DNA of 64,000 bases from Eledone cirrhosa (taxonomy: Eukaryota), in the NCBI GenBank assembly GCA_964016885.1, contig OZ024743.1, forward strand, positions 183,644,001-183,708,000, given 5' to 3'. Every line of letters starts with the position of its first letter. Positions within the stretch are counted from its first letter, which is position 1. Position numbers and translations under genes: made by a program. Below are positions 15,171-28,262 of the stretch, piece after piece. The notes beneath the pieces were generated by a model, which saw only the letters and a program-made list of their open reading frames with translations, was not told where the DNA came from and made no database searches.

Positions 15171-15253
15171 AGTTTACCAATTCCTGACATTACCAAATTA
15201 CCATGTCCAATGACAGAGCAGGAATTTAAACAAGTCAAAACCACCTTATACAA
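15171..15253 (+). CDS. AAK1: AAK1/BMP2K-like exon: SLPIPDITKLPCPMTEQEFKQVKTTLY(K)
   Basis: ctttacag acceptor, AA|gtaag donor; resembles the post-kinase SPIP..LPEP..ASE linker; phase 0 to 2 fits. Confidence 0.85.
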
Positions 15254-16128
15254 GTAAGTCATTTACCTATTAGCGTGTGTGTGTGAAATAAACATTAAGA
15301 TACGTTACATAATTGTGAGGACTTTTCAGTTGTGATAAGGATATGATGGCCTCCCAAGTGTTGATGATCTACACAATAAATGCACCCAGTACATGCTGTA
15401 AAATGATTGGTGATAGGTAAGGCATCCAGCCATCATCTCTATATAAACCCATATTAAAGTTGTATGTGAGTTTTTTTTTTAACTCTAAACCCATTAGCTG
15501 ATGCCTTTTAGCCCCTTGGATATCAGGCACTTGTATATTTAAACTGTATAGATCAGTTTTGTTCCTCCTGGACCAGATCCAGCTGGAACTCCCCACCACT
15601 GCCTCTGTTATTACCTTTAGGACTCTGGCCCTGTTCTTCTCATATATTGAGAGCTGTTTCATGAGATTATAGAGAAGTTATTTTTTAAGTTACCCAGTAA
15701 ATGTAAGCTGACAAGATTGCATATATATGTACTGATATATGATCCCATGCTAACATCCAGGAGAACTGGGATCAGGTGTTTTTTTTTTACCAAGGCTGTT
15801 TTTGCTGAAAAGTATTTTTTTCTTTGTTTGTACATGTAAGATTATTTCTAAATCTGTTCCATCTACGGTTACGTAATATTTGGTAAAATCAATTGCTTTG
15901 TCTGGTAGGGATCTAGATATCCATGGTTTTAAGATGGATAAATTTAGACCTATTCTTATGTGATATATGTAATGATGGTGGGTGATGTGAGGGCAAATCT
16001 TGACAACTTACTTCTTAATCAGATATATATACACACACACACACGTACACCCATCTAACCCATACTAGCGTGGAAGATAGTCGTTAAATGATGATGATGA
16101 TGATACACATACATACATTTTCTTTCAG

Positions 16129-16292
16129 AACCGTTACAACCCCTACAATTGAAACCACATCAGTTACACCTCGGCAACGGCCAAAAGGGCAAGCTATGCC
16201 ACAATCTCGGGGACTTGGTTTACCTGTTCACACAACTGTATCTTCAAGAAAACGTCCTGGAAATAGCAATCAGCTTACAACTCCACAAGGAG
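16129..16292 (+). CDS. AAK1: AAK1/BMP2K-like exon: TVTTPTIETTSVTPRQRPKGQAMPQSRGLGLPVHTTVSSRKRPGNSNQLTTPQG
   Basis: tctttcag acceptor, G|gtatt donor; conserved TS..PRQRPK and LP......RKR motifs. Confidence 0.9.
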
Positions 16293-16444
16293 GTATTTCA
16301 TTTCAAATATTTCCACTGTGTGTGTGTCACTGTTAGGTTGTCAGCTTGTATGACTACAGGTGTGTATGTTTGAAAAGCATTCAAGTCTTTGTTTTTGAAT
16401 GTATGTATGCATTTGTTTGTAAGTATGTCTCTGCATTTTGATGT

Positions 16445-17028
16445 TGTGTATGCCACTCATACTGATGTTAAAGTTAGAATTTGCATCACCAGTCTGGAAC
16501 CCCTATCTTGCTCAGAACATTGACCGCCTTGAAACTGTTCAGAGACGTGCAACCAAGCAAATACCCTCCATTAGGCATCTACCATACTCTGAGCGCCTTG
16601 CTTCCCTGGGCATGGATACATTGAAGCTCCGACGCCTGGCAACTGACTTGGTAAACCCCCACAAAATTGTTAACCATGTTGCCAACAACAACCCTGAGTA
16701 CCTTTTTGATTTCCATGTGTCTAACACACGTGGACATGCCCACAAAGTAAGAAAACAGCACAGTTCCCATGACTTTCGGAAACATTTTTTTCTCGCTCAG
16801 AGTTGCTGAAGCATGGAACAAACTACCTGCATCAGCTGTTAGCTGTCGAGACACTGCATCCTTTAAGGCCTCCATGCTTCCCGAGATCCGCCAACACTAC
16901 AGCTAACACATACACACATGTACTTCCCTGACATTTGTGTATTATTCTATGTACTATACATACACCTTTGACGAGTTGTAGTGCACCTGAGCACTTTACA
17001 CAATAATTTCATTATTGTTATTATTTTA
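16445..17028 (+). mobile_element. CR1-clade LINE 3' fragment; a 3' UTR-only copy lies near 11975-12125
   Basis: LEFASPVWNPY...LETVQRRATK...Y.ERL..L....L..RR...DL, TRGH..K, F..RV...WN.LP motifs; (att)n tail. Confidence 0.9.
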
Positions 17029-17307
17029 AATGTAATCCTGTTATATTCTCAGATTGATTATATTAACTAGAATTAGTGTTGAGTTATTAACTATATTACT
17101 ATGGTTTAAATATGTTAACTATAGTATTAGAGTTATTAACTATATTGCTATGGTTTAAATTCTCAGCTAAGAGTCTCCATAAAACACTTGATTGTTTTGC
17201 ATTATTTATTATTTTCTTTGTTTTTCTTCCTTCAAATGACTTGATTAGTTGATTACAGATACAGCCTTACCTTTGAGATTCACCTGTGACTTTACTGTCA
17301 GGTGAAG

Positions 17308-17526
17308 TTAACCCTTTAGCATTTAAACTGGCCACATCCGGCCAGAATTCTCTCACTTCTTTCTGTTTAAACCAGTTGTAACTGGCCACTCGTACTGATG
17401 TTAAGGTATTGTTCTCAAAATAAATAATATCAAAATCTTATAGATTCGATTTATGTGAGATAATTATGTGAGGTAAAGCCTTTACCATGAAAATACAATA
17501 AAGTAATGTAAATGCTAAAGGGTTAA
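17308..17526. mobile_element. piggyBac-type MITE
   Basis: TTAA TSD both sides; perfect 14-bp TIR ccctttagcattta / taaatgctaaaggg. Confidence 0.88.
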
Positions 17527-17987
17527 GCTAAGACTAAACTTACATAAGTCTAATTAGTGAGAGAGACTTCTTGTAACATCTTTATTACAAACTGGGCTAT
17601 TTTGTGGGAGGGTTCTTTACACTGTCTTTTTGTGATTTTTTATTTTTTTTATAGTAATAAATGTTTTCTAAGGTGTTTGGGGGGTAAGAAAGTCATCTGA
17701 CTGTAGAAACCATGCCAAGAAAGTGTCAAGAGCATGACAATCTCTCTGGTGTTTGGTGAGATAATAAAATAGACCCAGTGTAATCTATAGAGTGTGAGAA
17801 CATATGTAAGCAATATAGCCCACCCCATTTCTCCTTAGCCCATCTAAGAGGTCAGTAGTACCGATTAAGTACTGACTTGGCTTGAGACGACCTGTCAAAA
17901 CTTTGCTAGCAATAAAAATGGACATTAAATGATGATGAAATGCTCATAGAGGAAAGCTCACAATTGTTGATAAATTTTCTACATGAG

Positions 17988-18295
17988 ATCCAATCCAATC
18001 CAGGGCCTTCTCACTCCTGTTGGAGGAACCCCTTTCTGGTTGACCTCCACTACTTTCCATTTGGTTTTGGTCAAGTCAGTGGTGTAGCTGTACTCACCAG
18101 GCTGGTGATGCTATTTAACTCATAGTTTGGATGGATTGTCATTGACTCTTGTTTTTTTTGTGCTGCTAATGTTCTACTTATCCTTCTCACCAGGCCAGGG
18201 TCTGGTTGGGGAGCCAGTTTAGTTGTCGACCACTTGACGATGAAGCAGGTTGTACTGGGTTACATGGTACTAGTAGCTGACAGAAGCCTGACTTG
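17988..18295 (-). mobile_element. short non-autonomous retroelement (bipartite RTE-like); other copies 31228-31565 and 37305-37370
   Basis: three homologous copies, (ttgga)n tail; 5' part shares cccagtacaacctg / actaaactggc / agagtcaatg with 55881-56040. Confidence 0.6.
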
Positions 18296-18474
18296 ACAAA
18301 AGGTGTAAAGATTAAATAAATTTATAAAAAAAGGCATTGGCTCGTGTTATTATTGAGCTCCAGGTCGGCCATGATTGTGCAGACATATAATTAGTCATTC
18401 CAACTGTGACCATCCTGTCTTTTTTTCTTGGTAAAGGGCATCTAGGACGACAGCCAACATAAGCTGCTATTTTT

Positions 18475-18680
18475 ATATGGTTGATTGTGATCCAAGGAGA
18501 TTTGGCTACTATTTCTTACAGGATGTGTAACCATACAGTGATTTATTTTTGGTTGATTGTGATCCAAGGAGATTTAGCTACTATTTCTTATAGGATGTGT
18601 AACCATACAGTGGTTTTATGGTTGATTGTGATCCAAGGAGATTTAGCTACTATTTCTTATAGGATACAGTGGTTCTCTCA
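18475..18680. repeat. about 70-bp tandem repeat x3
   Basis: ggttgattgtgatccaaggagatttagctactatttctta repeated three times. Confidence 0.9.
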
Positions 18681-19075
18681 TTGACTTGATTAACTCATGT
18701 ATGTAAGGGGAAGTAACTTTATTGATATGAACAGCTTGAATGAAAAATTGCTTTATGTTGCTGTTTAGTCCCAGGTCAGCTCTGATTGAGCACACCTATG
18801 ATTTAGGTTACTATAGCAATAATGATACTGTTTTTTTAAAGATAATCTATTTGAGTTAGATGGTAGGGTATGTTTTGAGAGAGATTTGGTTGCTAGATAG
18901 TAGTTCTTCAGGTTGTTTTAGTAATTGTGGCTAAGGCCTTACTAGAGCACTATAGAGGATGACCAAAGAAAATTTTGGATGTCATCACTTAAATAGCAGA
19001 AGGGTCATCTTATACATAAGATGACTGACTATAAGGCAAGACAATATTCATATATACATATATATATATATATAT

Positions 19076-20945
19076 CTGGGTCGGTAGGTCACACCATAAC
19101 CACACGTATTGTTAACCAGGTAATACTAGAAGGTGTCATACCAAAGGATTGGTGCTGTAGCATCATTGTCAACTGCTACAAAGGTAAAGGTGATGCACTA
19201 GATAGAGGAAACTATAGAGGTATAAAGCTGATGGACCAGGTCATGAAAGTAACAGAAAGAGTTATAGCACAGTTGATTAGGGACCAGGTGAAACTAGATG
19301 AGATGCAATTTGGGTTTGTGCCAAGAAGAGGCACCACACTCTTCCTTGTGAGGCAGTTACAGGAAAAGTACCTAGCTAAAAGTAAGCCGCTCTACCTGGC
19401 ATTCATCGATCTCGAGAAAGCCTTCGACAGAGTCCCCTGTGCTATAATCTGGTGGGCTCTTAGAAAATTAGGAGTAGATGAATGGCTTGTGAAAGCTGTA
19501 CAAGCCATGTATAGGGGAGCAGTCAGCAAAGTTAGGATTAGCAATGACTATAGCAAGTAGTAATTTAGCATACAGGTCGGTGTCCACCAGGGCTCTGTTC
19601 TTAGCCCTCTCCTGTTCATCATAGTTCTGCAGGCAATAACGGAGGAGTTTAAGACCGGATGCCCATGGGAATTCCTGTATGCAGATGACCTTGCACTTAT
19701 AGCTGAATCTATGGTAGAACTAGCGAAGAAATTCCAAACTTGGAAGCAGGGACTAGAGAGAAAGGGTCTAAGAGTCAACCTGACAAAGACTAAGGTCCTT
19801 GTAAGTAGACGAGAAAACAGAACCCAGATCCCCTCAGGGAAATGGCCTTGCTCAGTGTGTAGGAAAGGTGTAGGTAGGAACTCCATTTCTCTGCCCCAAA
19901 TGCAAACAATGGGTACACAAGAGATGTAGCGGGATCTCAGGAAGCTTAACTAAGAATGTACGCTTCACATACAGCAGCTGTGCTGGGACAGCAAGTAGCA
20001 AACAGCCACAGGAAACAAGTACCACCAAACTCTGGGAGGGCTCTGTAGAAACAGTAGACAGCTTCTGCTACCTAGGTGACTGAATTAGCAGCGGAGGTGG
20101 GTGTTTGGAAAGTACAATAACTAGGGTAAGAACGGGATGGAAGAAGTTCAGGGAGCTACTGCCACTGCAAGCTGCAAAAGGCTTTTCCCTCAAAATGAAA
20201 GGCAGACTGCATGATGCGTGTATACGAACAGCAATGTTACATGGTAGTGAGACCTGGGCGCTGAAGGTGGAAGACTTACGTAGATTAGAAAGAAACGAAG
20301 CCTGCATGCTCCGATGGATGTGTAATAGTAATATACACGAACGGCAAAGCATAAATGAATTGAGAGAGAGACTGAGCATAAGATGCATCAAATGCTGTGT
20401 GCAGGAGAGACGGTTGCGTTGGTATGGACATGTGATGCGTATGAAGGATGACAGCTGCATAAAAAGGTACAGAGAACGAGAAGTCGATGGAAGCTGCGGA
20501 GTGGGGAGACCTGGGATGAGGTGATAAAAGCTGACCTTACCCAATTACACCTCTCAAAGGCGATGGCACACGACCATGACCTCTGGCATCATGCAGTAAT
20601 ACAGAAGACCCAACCCCCCCCACGGGTACAAGCTGAAGCTGAAGCATATAGACAATATTCCCCCCACTCCCTCCCACTGAAAAGTGGTCATGGAGGTGCC
20701 ACGGCAAAAAAGCCCCCAGCCCACACTGTAAAGTAGACGTGTAAGCGCCACGGAAAAAGCACCCAGTACTCACTGTAAATGAGGTTGGTGTTAGGAAGGG
20801 CATCCAGCTGTAGAAATCAAGCCAGAATCAGTTCCCATATGAGCAAGACAAAGTCAGCTGACCAGACACTGCCGACAACAGGACAACCTGTCTAACCCAT
20901 GCTAGCGTGGAAGAACTGACGTAAACCGGTGATGATGATGATGAT
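19076..20945 (+). mobile_element. 5'-truncated, frameshifted RTE LINE (subfamily B): RT domain, Cys-rich finger, C-terminus, 3' UTR
   Basis: KGKGD...NYRGIKL, QFGF, FIDLEKAFDRV, GVHQGSVLSPLLF, YADD, RRLRWYGHVMRM; (GAT)n tail; starts after a TA run. Confidence 0.95.
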
Positions 20946-21225
20946 ATATGGTGTGTTTGTTATGCTGTGTCCCAATGTGAACTGTAATGAATGGTATCAA
21001 CCTTAATGTACTCAAACCATAGTGGTTTCCAGAGGTTGACTGAGGAGATGGGACTGTCCGTCTTTCCGTCGTTTTTTTTCCCATTGTCTTTGTCCTATGC
21101 ACTCCCTATCTGACCTAGGATTGCCCACAACAGGACAACCCGTCTAACCCATGCTAGCGTGGAAAATGGACATTAAACGATGATGATGATGATGTAGATA
21201 TACATACATACATACATACATACAC

Positions 21226-21287
<62 letters not shown>

Positions 21288-21442
21288 CATGGAACTCCCT
21301 TCTTCATCTGACTCCCAAGCAAGGCAGATTTGCATATTTCTGAACAACTTTTGCTATTGATGATATAATGCGTGTACAGGTGGGTGGGCCTTTTGTATTA
21401 TAATATATCACCATAACATTATTTATGTTTGTATCATTCTAG

Positions 21443-21712
21443 AACTACCACAGACATCACCTGCAACCAATGCTGTGTCTCCAATGCAACCATTACCACA
21501 TGGTACTACACCTATGTCAGTCCCGGTGTCATATAATCAAGGACAAATGTCGAAGTCCCTTCCAGCTGTTACCCAACAATCAGTTCCATCAACCAGTTCA
21601 TCAACTGTATTTATACAACCACAACAACAACAACCTCCACCACTGCCACAACAACAATCATCACAACCCCAACAACACACACAGTCAGCTTATATACAAC
21701 AACACCCTCCTC

Positions 21713-21744
<32 letters not shown>

Positions 21745-22314
21745 CCTCAACAACAACCTCAACAACAACCTCAACAACAACCTCAACAACAACATCTCCA
21801 ACAGCAACAACACCAGCAACAACAACTACATAATCAACAGCAACAACAAGAACAAGTTATATCAGCCTCACAGACTCAACTGCCTCACCAACAAATTACT
21901 CCTGGCAGTACAATTTCTCTTTCAAATTTGGCTTCCCAACATCAGCAACATCATCAACAGCTGCAACTACAACAAAAGAATAAAAGCCAGGCAGCCATGT
22001 CAAATTCTACAAGTACTAGCCATTCTGATCAGTTTGTTAGTACTTCTCCTCCGACAGTGACTGCTACCCAGTCTGCTCAAACAAACATTGAAGGTGGGCT
22101 CTACTCTGCTGACTACTTGTCATCAGATAAAATTATTTCTGGTCCTTTGGCAACAGTAAACTTACCATTACCTAACCTATCAGGCAAAGAGAAAGGTACT
22201 GGCTCTGAATCTAACATAGCAGCTTTGCAACAGACCAAAGACACTCAAAAATTCACTGAACATATTAACAAAAGTTGTGTGAAACCTTCCAAAGTAGAAC
22301 CTAAAGTAAAAAAG
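21443..22314 (+). CDS. AAK1: AAK1/BMP2K-like large Gln/Pro-rich (polyQ) exon, ELPQTSPATNAVSPMQ...QQQPQQQ...KVEPKVKK
   Basis: attctag acceptor in phase with ORF 21475; AAG|gtttgt donor gives phase 0, matching the next exon; corresponds to the QPA-rich region of AAK1/BMP2K. Donor position less certain than acceptor. Confidence 0.85.
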
Positions 22315-23514
22315 GTTTGTGTATATATTTGTAAAGTCTTTGTATTTTTTGTTTTCAGTATAATTTTAAATATTGTATTTATTGCCACTGAACGGTTTTC
22401 TCTTTCTCTCTCATCACAGTTAAAATTAAACAATATAGGATCTAAGAAGACTCTTCTGTCTGAACGATCGTGTGACAACCTTTCTAGTGCTGGTAACATG
22501 ATAAAATGCACCCAGTACACCCTGTAAAAGGATAGTGCAGGTGCCGTGATAAAATGAACCCAGTACACTCTGTAAAAGGAGTAGTGCTGGTGCGATGGTA
22601 AAATGCATGCAATCCATTCTGTAATGTGGTATTGCTGGTGACACAAAAAAATGCACCCAGTACACCCTTCCCTGTAAGGTTGTTGGTGTTAGGAAGAGCA
22701 GCATGGAAAGTGCACATAAAAGTGTTGATGATGGTGAAATGTGTATAGACAAAATACTAGTGAAACATGGGAATAGAGTGTAGAGGATATAGAGCAACTG
22801 TCTGAGAAATGTTGAGAAATTAAGTAAAATGATGGGTGGGAGCAGCTAAGGCAGTCACAGATACATGTAGAAGATATGACATCTTGTTATATGTATATGT
22901 GACATTGGTAAATGATGCAAGTTGGATGGAATTGCAGTGGATTAAGATGTCATCATCATTATCACCATTTAGTGTCCATTTTTACACACTATCATGAGTT
23001 AGATGAGTTGTCATGTTGTGAGACAAGTCAGATCAGATGACCATGTCTTGCTCATATGGAACAGTTTCTGGCTTGGTTTCTATAGCCTGATGCCTTACCC
23101 AATGCCAATCACATTTATAGCATGGACTGGGTGTTCTTTATCGAAGCACCAAAAGGACCACTTTACAGTGTTGACTAGGTGCTTTTTATCAAGGCACCAA
23201 AAGGACCACTTTACAGTGTGGACTAGGTGCTTTTTATCCAGACACCAAAAGGACCACTTTACATTGTGGACTGTGTGCTTTTGTCCTTATCATCATCGTT
23301 TTTATGTCAACTTTTCCATGCTGGTATGGGTTGGATGGGACTTTTTGAGGTAATGTTTTACAGTCGGATTCCCTTCCAAACACCAACCCTTTTATAGCAT
23401 ACAGGGATACATATGTGTGAAATATAGATATATATGTGTGAAAAGCTATAGTATTGGAGACATCCAATTTATGATAGCATTAAATGAGACAAAAATTGTT
23501 TTAGAGAAAGATTT

Positions 23515-24180
23515 TATTCATTCTTATTCTTCACCCACTTATTTCTGGGAGAGTCGTAGTGGCTGAATCCTCAAACACTCTTCCCACTGGGTCCTGTCAG
23601 AAGCAATCATCTCCATTTGATCCAGCTAGAGCCCCAAGTGAGACCAACCAAGCTCATATGGATGTTATCCAACCATCTTGCTCGGGATCTACCCCTGGAT
23701 CTCCTGCTGGTTGGTTTTGCCTGTAAAATCTGTCCAGCGATTCTTTCCTAAGACATTCTAACCACCTGCCCATAGTATTGGAACTCTGATATCTTATTTC
23801 GGAGAAGTAGCAGACAGTAAAGGCTTCCAAAGTTAAGATATGGGAGGGCTCTGAGGTTAAGCTGGTATCCAACTTCAGATCAGGAAATAAAATGTTCTGG
23901 CAGACCATCTGCTGACTTTGTAATGCGAAGTCAACCCCCACACCTGCTATCAAGAATGTGTCTGGGGTTCTCCTCTCTTCAGAGAGGTGAATCCTCGTGA
24001 GGTGGAGAGAATATTTTGCTGATCTCCTAAATCTAGTCACAACAGCATCTTTTGATGAACACCAAGTGCTTTTGAAAGCAATGACTAATCTTTCGGAGGC
24101 TGAGGTTACAAGAGCAATAAAAAAAAGGCCACTGAGGAGGATGAAATTTGGCCTGAGATGTTAAAAGCTTTAAATAGAGA
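23515..24180. mobile_element. rearranged RTE/Expander-like relic: 3' end on - strand (23515-23790) joined to an internal fragment on + strand (23800-24180)
   Basis: - strand RW..../GR...RWL.NI-like C-terminus; + strand KMFWQTI, ILVRWREYFADLLN, DEIWPEMLKAL. Confidence 0.65.
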
Positions 24181-24831
24181 ATTTCTTCATTAAAAAATGT
24201 TAAATTTTTTGTTAAAAGCTGACTCATCTTGTGGAGCTCCAGGCATTTTTATGGAACCCACTTCAGGAAATACTGCTTTAAACCCTTTAGCTAGTTTTGA
24301 ATTTCTTTTTAAAAATTGAAATGTTGTTTCTCCACTTATTTCTGTCTTCAGGGCTTCACTCAATTTTCTCAACTATTATTTATAATGATTGACTATTATT
24401 ATGGTCATTTGCATTGGGATACCTACATTTGAAATTTGAAATGTTTTCAATGCTTCCTATGTCAACCAGTAATTTACACTTCTAGTTACAGACATAAAAT
24501 CTTCTAAAAAGATGAATTAGTGTTGGCCAGCAGCTCTTAAGACTTTATCATAGTCATTAACACATTTGCCCAACATCAGAGAGATGCAATGTTCTCACAG
24601 CTGCCTTTGTCCACCCTTTTTCATCTCTAAGAGTAATTTACCTGATTTTCTTAACTATTATTTATAGAGATCAACTATTATTATGGTCATTTGTGTTGGG
24701 TCAAACATTTCAAATAACAAAAAAAAAACAACTACTAAATTTTAGAATAGTAATTTTAGAATAGTAATTCTGTTTGTTAATATTAATTGAATTTTACAAA
24801 ATCCACTCTTTATATTTTAATTTCTCTGTAG

Positions 24832-24956
24832 AATGAAAACCAGCTTTTGATCTCTATTACACCACCACAGTCTCCATGCAATGCTGTCAAAGGCCATCGT
24901 CGAAATGTCAGTGACACATCCTACATTACCATGGGTGGAAAAGGGAGTGCATTCAG
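24832..24956 (+). CDS. AAK1: AAK1/BMP2K-like exon: NENQLLISITPPQSPCNAVKGHRRNVSDTSYITMGGKGSAF(R)
   Basis: ctctgtag acceptor, AG|gtgaa donor; TPP.SP...GHRR..SD motif as in AAK1 (LTPPSSPK...GHRRILSD). Confidence 0.92.
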
Positions 24957-26419
24957 GTGAAATTTGTTCAAAAGTTTTTTTTTTCCTGTATTTTCTGCAA
25001 ATTTTGCTGTTTTTTTTTTTTTTTTTTGTTTCTTTTAAATGAAAAAAGACCTGTTATTTCCATATAAACTCTAGCAACAAATAGAATTATCATTTTGGTG
25101 ACATCTTTCATTGAACTTACGTCTGACACTACAAAAAAAGCAAAGGCTTCAATACTGTATTGTGTTCATCAGAGTCTCTCTCTCTTTCTCACATACTCTC
25201 TTTCTCACACACTCTCTTTCTCTCAGATTCACTCTCTGTCTTACTCTCTCTGTCTCGTTTTTTCTATATTTTCCTCTTCTTATTCATTTGCTTCCTATTT
25301 TTTTTTCTGGGGGATTTCTTTTGCCTTGTTTAATATTTCATTTGCTTATTTTAACTGCGATGCTTTTGAAAAACAAAACACAACAAAGAACTTGCTCTAC
25401 CCACAAAAAACCCTAACAAATATACAGTTTATAGTAACTATTTATAATGATACAAACAAAAACAAGTCACAAGATATCTAAAGTTTCTAGAAGAAAACAA
25501 TTGAAATGTTAGGAAAATAATGTAAATCTGGTGACAGTTTACCAATAACACCTTCAAACAACAGAAATAATGAAATAAGAAGTAAATAATTTGAACATAG
25601 TATTTGATCTTATTTTGTTGTGATTTTTATTTAAAAAATATTATTGATTGGGTTAGATTAAATTATTTCTTTGAAAAGGACAACATTGATTTTTTTTATG
25701 TTTCATATTCAATATATATCTAGCATTGATTCATTCTTGGGATTGCAAGATAATCTTGTTCTCTCTCTTTCATTGGTAGAATTGTTAGAGCATCAGACAA
25801 ATTACTTTTCTTGCATTATTTGTTGCGGCTCTTTATATTCTGGGTTATTCTGTTGAGGTCATCTTAACCTTCATTTATGGTTGATAAAATAAATTACCAG
25901 TAATTTCTGAGAATGGCTTGGCACATTGGAGTGTGAAAAATGCCTTGTGGTGTTTGGTCTGGCTGTTTATGTTCTGAGTTCAAATCCCTCTGAAGTTAAT
26001 GTTGCTTTTCATCCTTCTTGGGTTGATAAAGTATAATACCAGTCAAGTACTGGGGTTGATTTAATCGACTGTCCCTTCCCCTAAATCGCTAACCTCATTA
26101 CTATGTTAGAAACGATTGTTATTATTGATGGTTTGCATAATAAATATGAGGATTACTGGATCTTCTGTTTCTCAAGTTTCAACAAGGACCTTAGACAGTA
26201 CTTTTCTAAGTCTATATGCAGTGTCCAACAAGGGAGAGAAATTTGTGATTCAAGGTCTATTCACTCTCAATTTTAATGATATTGAGCCCCAAAACTCCCT
26301 AACACAACTGGGCAATCTTTTGTCAGAGAGCATTAAAGGTCTATTTGTTCAGTATACCCCTCTCTCAGTTTTAGTGGTATTGAGCCTCAAGCTGCTATGA
26401 CACTATGACAAATAGAATT

Positions 26420-27600
26420 ATCTTGATGTTGGTAGGTGGTGTTGATTATATTCGAGCAATTTCAATCTTCTAGTCAGTATATCTCAAAATATTATTTTTT
26501 TCAATTTCCTTCAAGGCTAAGTTGTAGTGTCCAGAGATAGTAACATAAATAATCTGGCATTCATACATATTTCTGTGCATAACTACAATATCAGGTTTGT
26601 TGTGTTCAAGCCTGTGGCCTGTTTGGTTAGTGAAGTCCAAGACTATCTTTGTTTGTGTCTATCAACAAAGGCACTTTCTGGATCAGGCTGATAACACTTA
26701 TCAAACACTTGACATCCATATTTTTTACACATTGACCAATGAAGGTACATACAAACCTTGTCATGTCTTTATATGTCTTTTGTGCTAGTATTTTGCTCAT
26801 TATGTGGATGATACTTTCTGTATTAATTCCACCCAGACGGCACTTCACATTTTCCTCAATATGATTCATACCTTTAGTTATCAACTTAGTACTCAAAGCA
26901 GTATTTCAATCTCCATTTTTATGTCATTGCAGGAAAGCTAATCTCAAGACCTTTCAGTCTTTAATTCAGACATTTTTCATTTAAATTAGTCATGCAAAGC
27001 CTTTCCAACTACTGCTTCTCTCTTCTCCACAGAGACTCATCTCTTAAACCCTTCTATACTCTCCATCTTTCCCTCTTCTATGCCCCTTACTGCTAAACTA
27101 TACTGTAAAACCTGTCATTAGTATTTATCAAGTGCTAATTAACCCTTTAGTTACCAACCCAGTCAAAACTGGCTCTGGTTTTATAAAATAAAATCACCCA
27201 TTTTAAAGGTTTCCAATTTAAATTAAAATTTTCCACCATAATTTTAGTAAAGCCCTCAAAATTCTTCATTAACTAATTGAAATAGAGTGTATTGCCTTAG
27301 AAATATGACCATGAAAGGGTTAATGGTTTGCTTCTTATTCTTGACACATTCTCTAACACTTATCAGCTCTCTTCCTTTAACTGTGCATTTCATGTAATTT
27401 ATGCTTGCTTTTGGATGTAATGCCTTACACACGGTCATCATTTTTCTTGCTCTGTGCTCCATCTCATCAACTTCAGTTCTCTTGAGCAACCCAGCACTAT
27501 ACCTTATTACAGATACAGCCCAATTGTTTATAGCAAGAATTAACTTTATAAAAAGTTTTAACCTGTGTAAATGTTTTTTTACACTGTCTTTCATTCAGTT
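26420..27600 (-). mobile_element. decayed R4/Dong-like (RLE) non-LTR retrotransposon, post-RT and CCHC region
   Basis: AINNWAVSVIRYSAG...KMMT...LHPKAS, GR.LISV, KCRLG...ESIIHIMS...LAQK.Y motifs. Confidence 0.75.
27139..27323. mobile_element. piggyBac-type MITE nested in the R4/Dong relic; related decayed copies near 4857-5170, 35265-35520, 49428-49725, 52350-52730
   Basis: TTAA-CCCTTT ... AAAGGG-TTAA. Confidence 0.75.
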
Positions 27601-27889
27601 GACAACTGCACATTTTGTGAAACAAAGTTCCGTGCCTGTGTCCTGGCTGCACCTTCAGACTCTCTGTACTTGTGAATCTAGTTGCATTTCAGATTTATTA
27701 TTATTGGATTGGCAGTATCGGTGGAGGGTCGGATGCCATGCTTTGCAGCACAGTTACGTCCCTTTACGGGCTGAGTTCAAATCCCGCCGAGGTTAACTTT
27801 GCCTTTCATCCTTACGGGGTCGATAAAATAAAGTACCAGTAATACACTGGGATAATTGCTGGCCTTGTGCCAAAAGTAGAAACAATTAT

Positions 27890-28262
27890 TATTATTACTC
27901 TTGGAATCTCAGTCATTGATGTTATTCAACTGGAAAGTTTGTTCAAATGAACATCAAGCCGCTACCTCCAGCCTCAGATATTCAAGACATATCGGAAGGT
28001 TCTTGCTGTTCCCAGCAAGCATACTATTTGAAGTGTTCCAAAAAAAGGGGGCTGGACTAATGTTCTTTAACCATCCTTGAAATCTCTTCAAGATAGTACC
28101 TAGTGCTCCTATGACAATCAGGATGACCTTGATCTCATGACAGTCCCAAATCCTTTTTAATTCCCACTTTAAATCCTGGTATCGGTTAATTTTCTCCTTC
28201 TCCTTTTCTCTTGTGTCAAAGGGGCAGGCTACATCTACAATCAGGCACAATCTTTACTATTA
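27890..28262 (-). mobile_element. R4/Dong-like 3' fragment with restriction-like endonuclease C-terminus
   Basis: CLIVDVACPFD...EKINRYQDLKWELKRIW....V..IVIGALG; flanked by (TAA)n-like runs. Confidence 0.85.

Noticed and set aside
21470-22060. Asn-rich 196-aa ORF
   Set aside because: Alternative frame of the polyQ exon; splice phase selects the Gln frame
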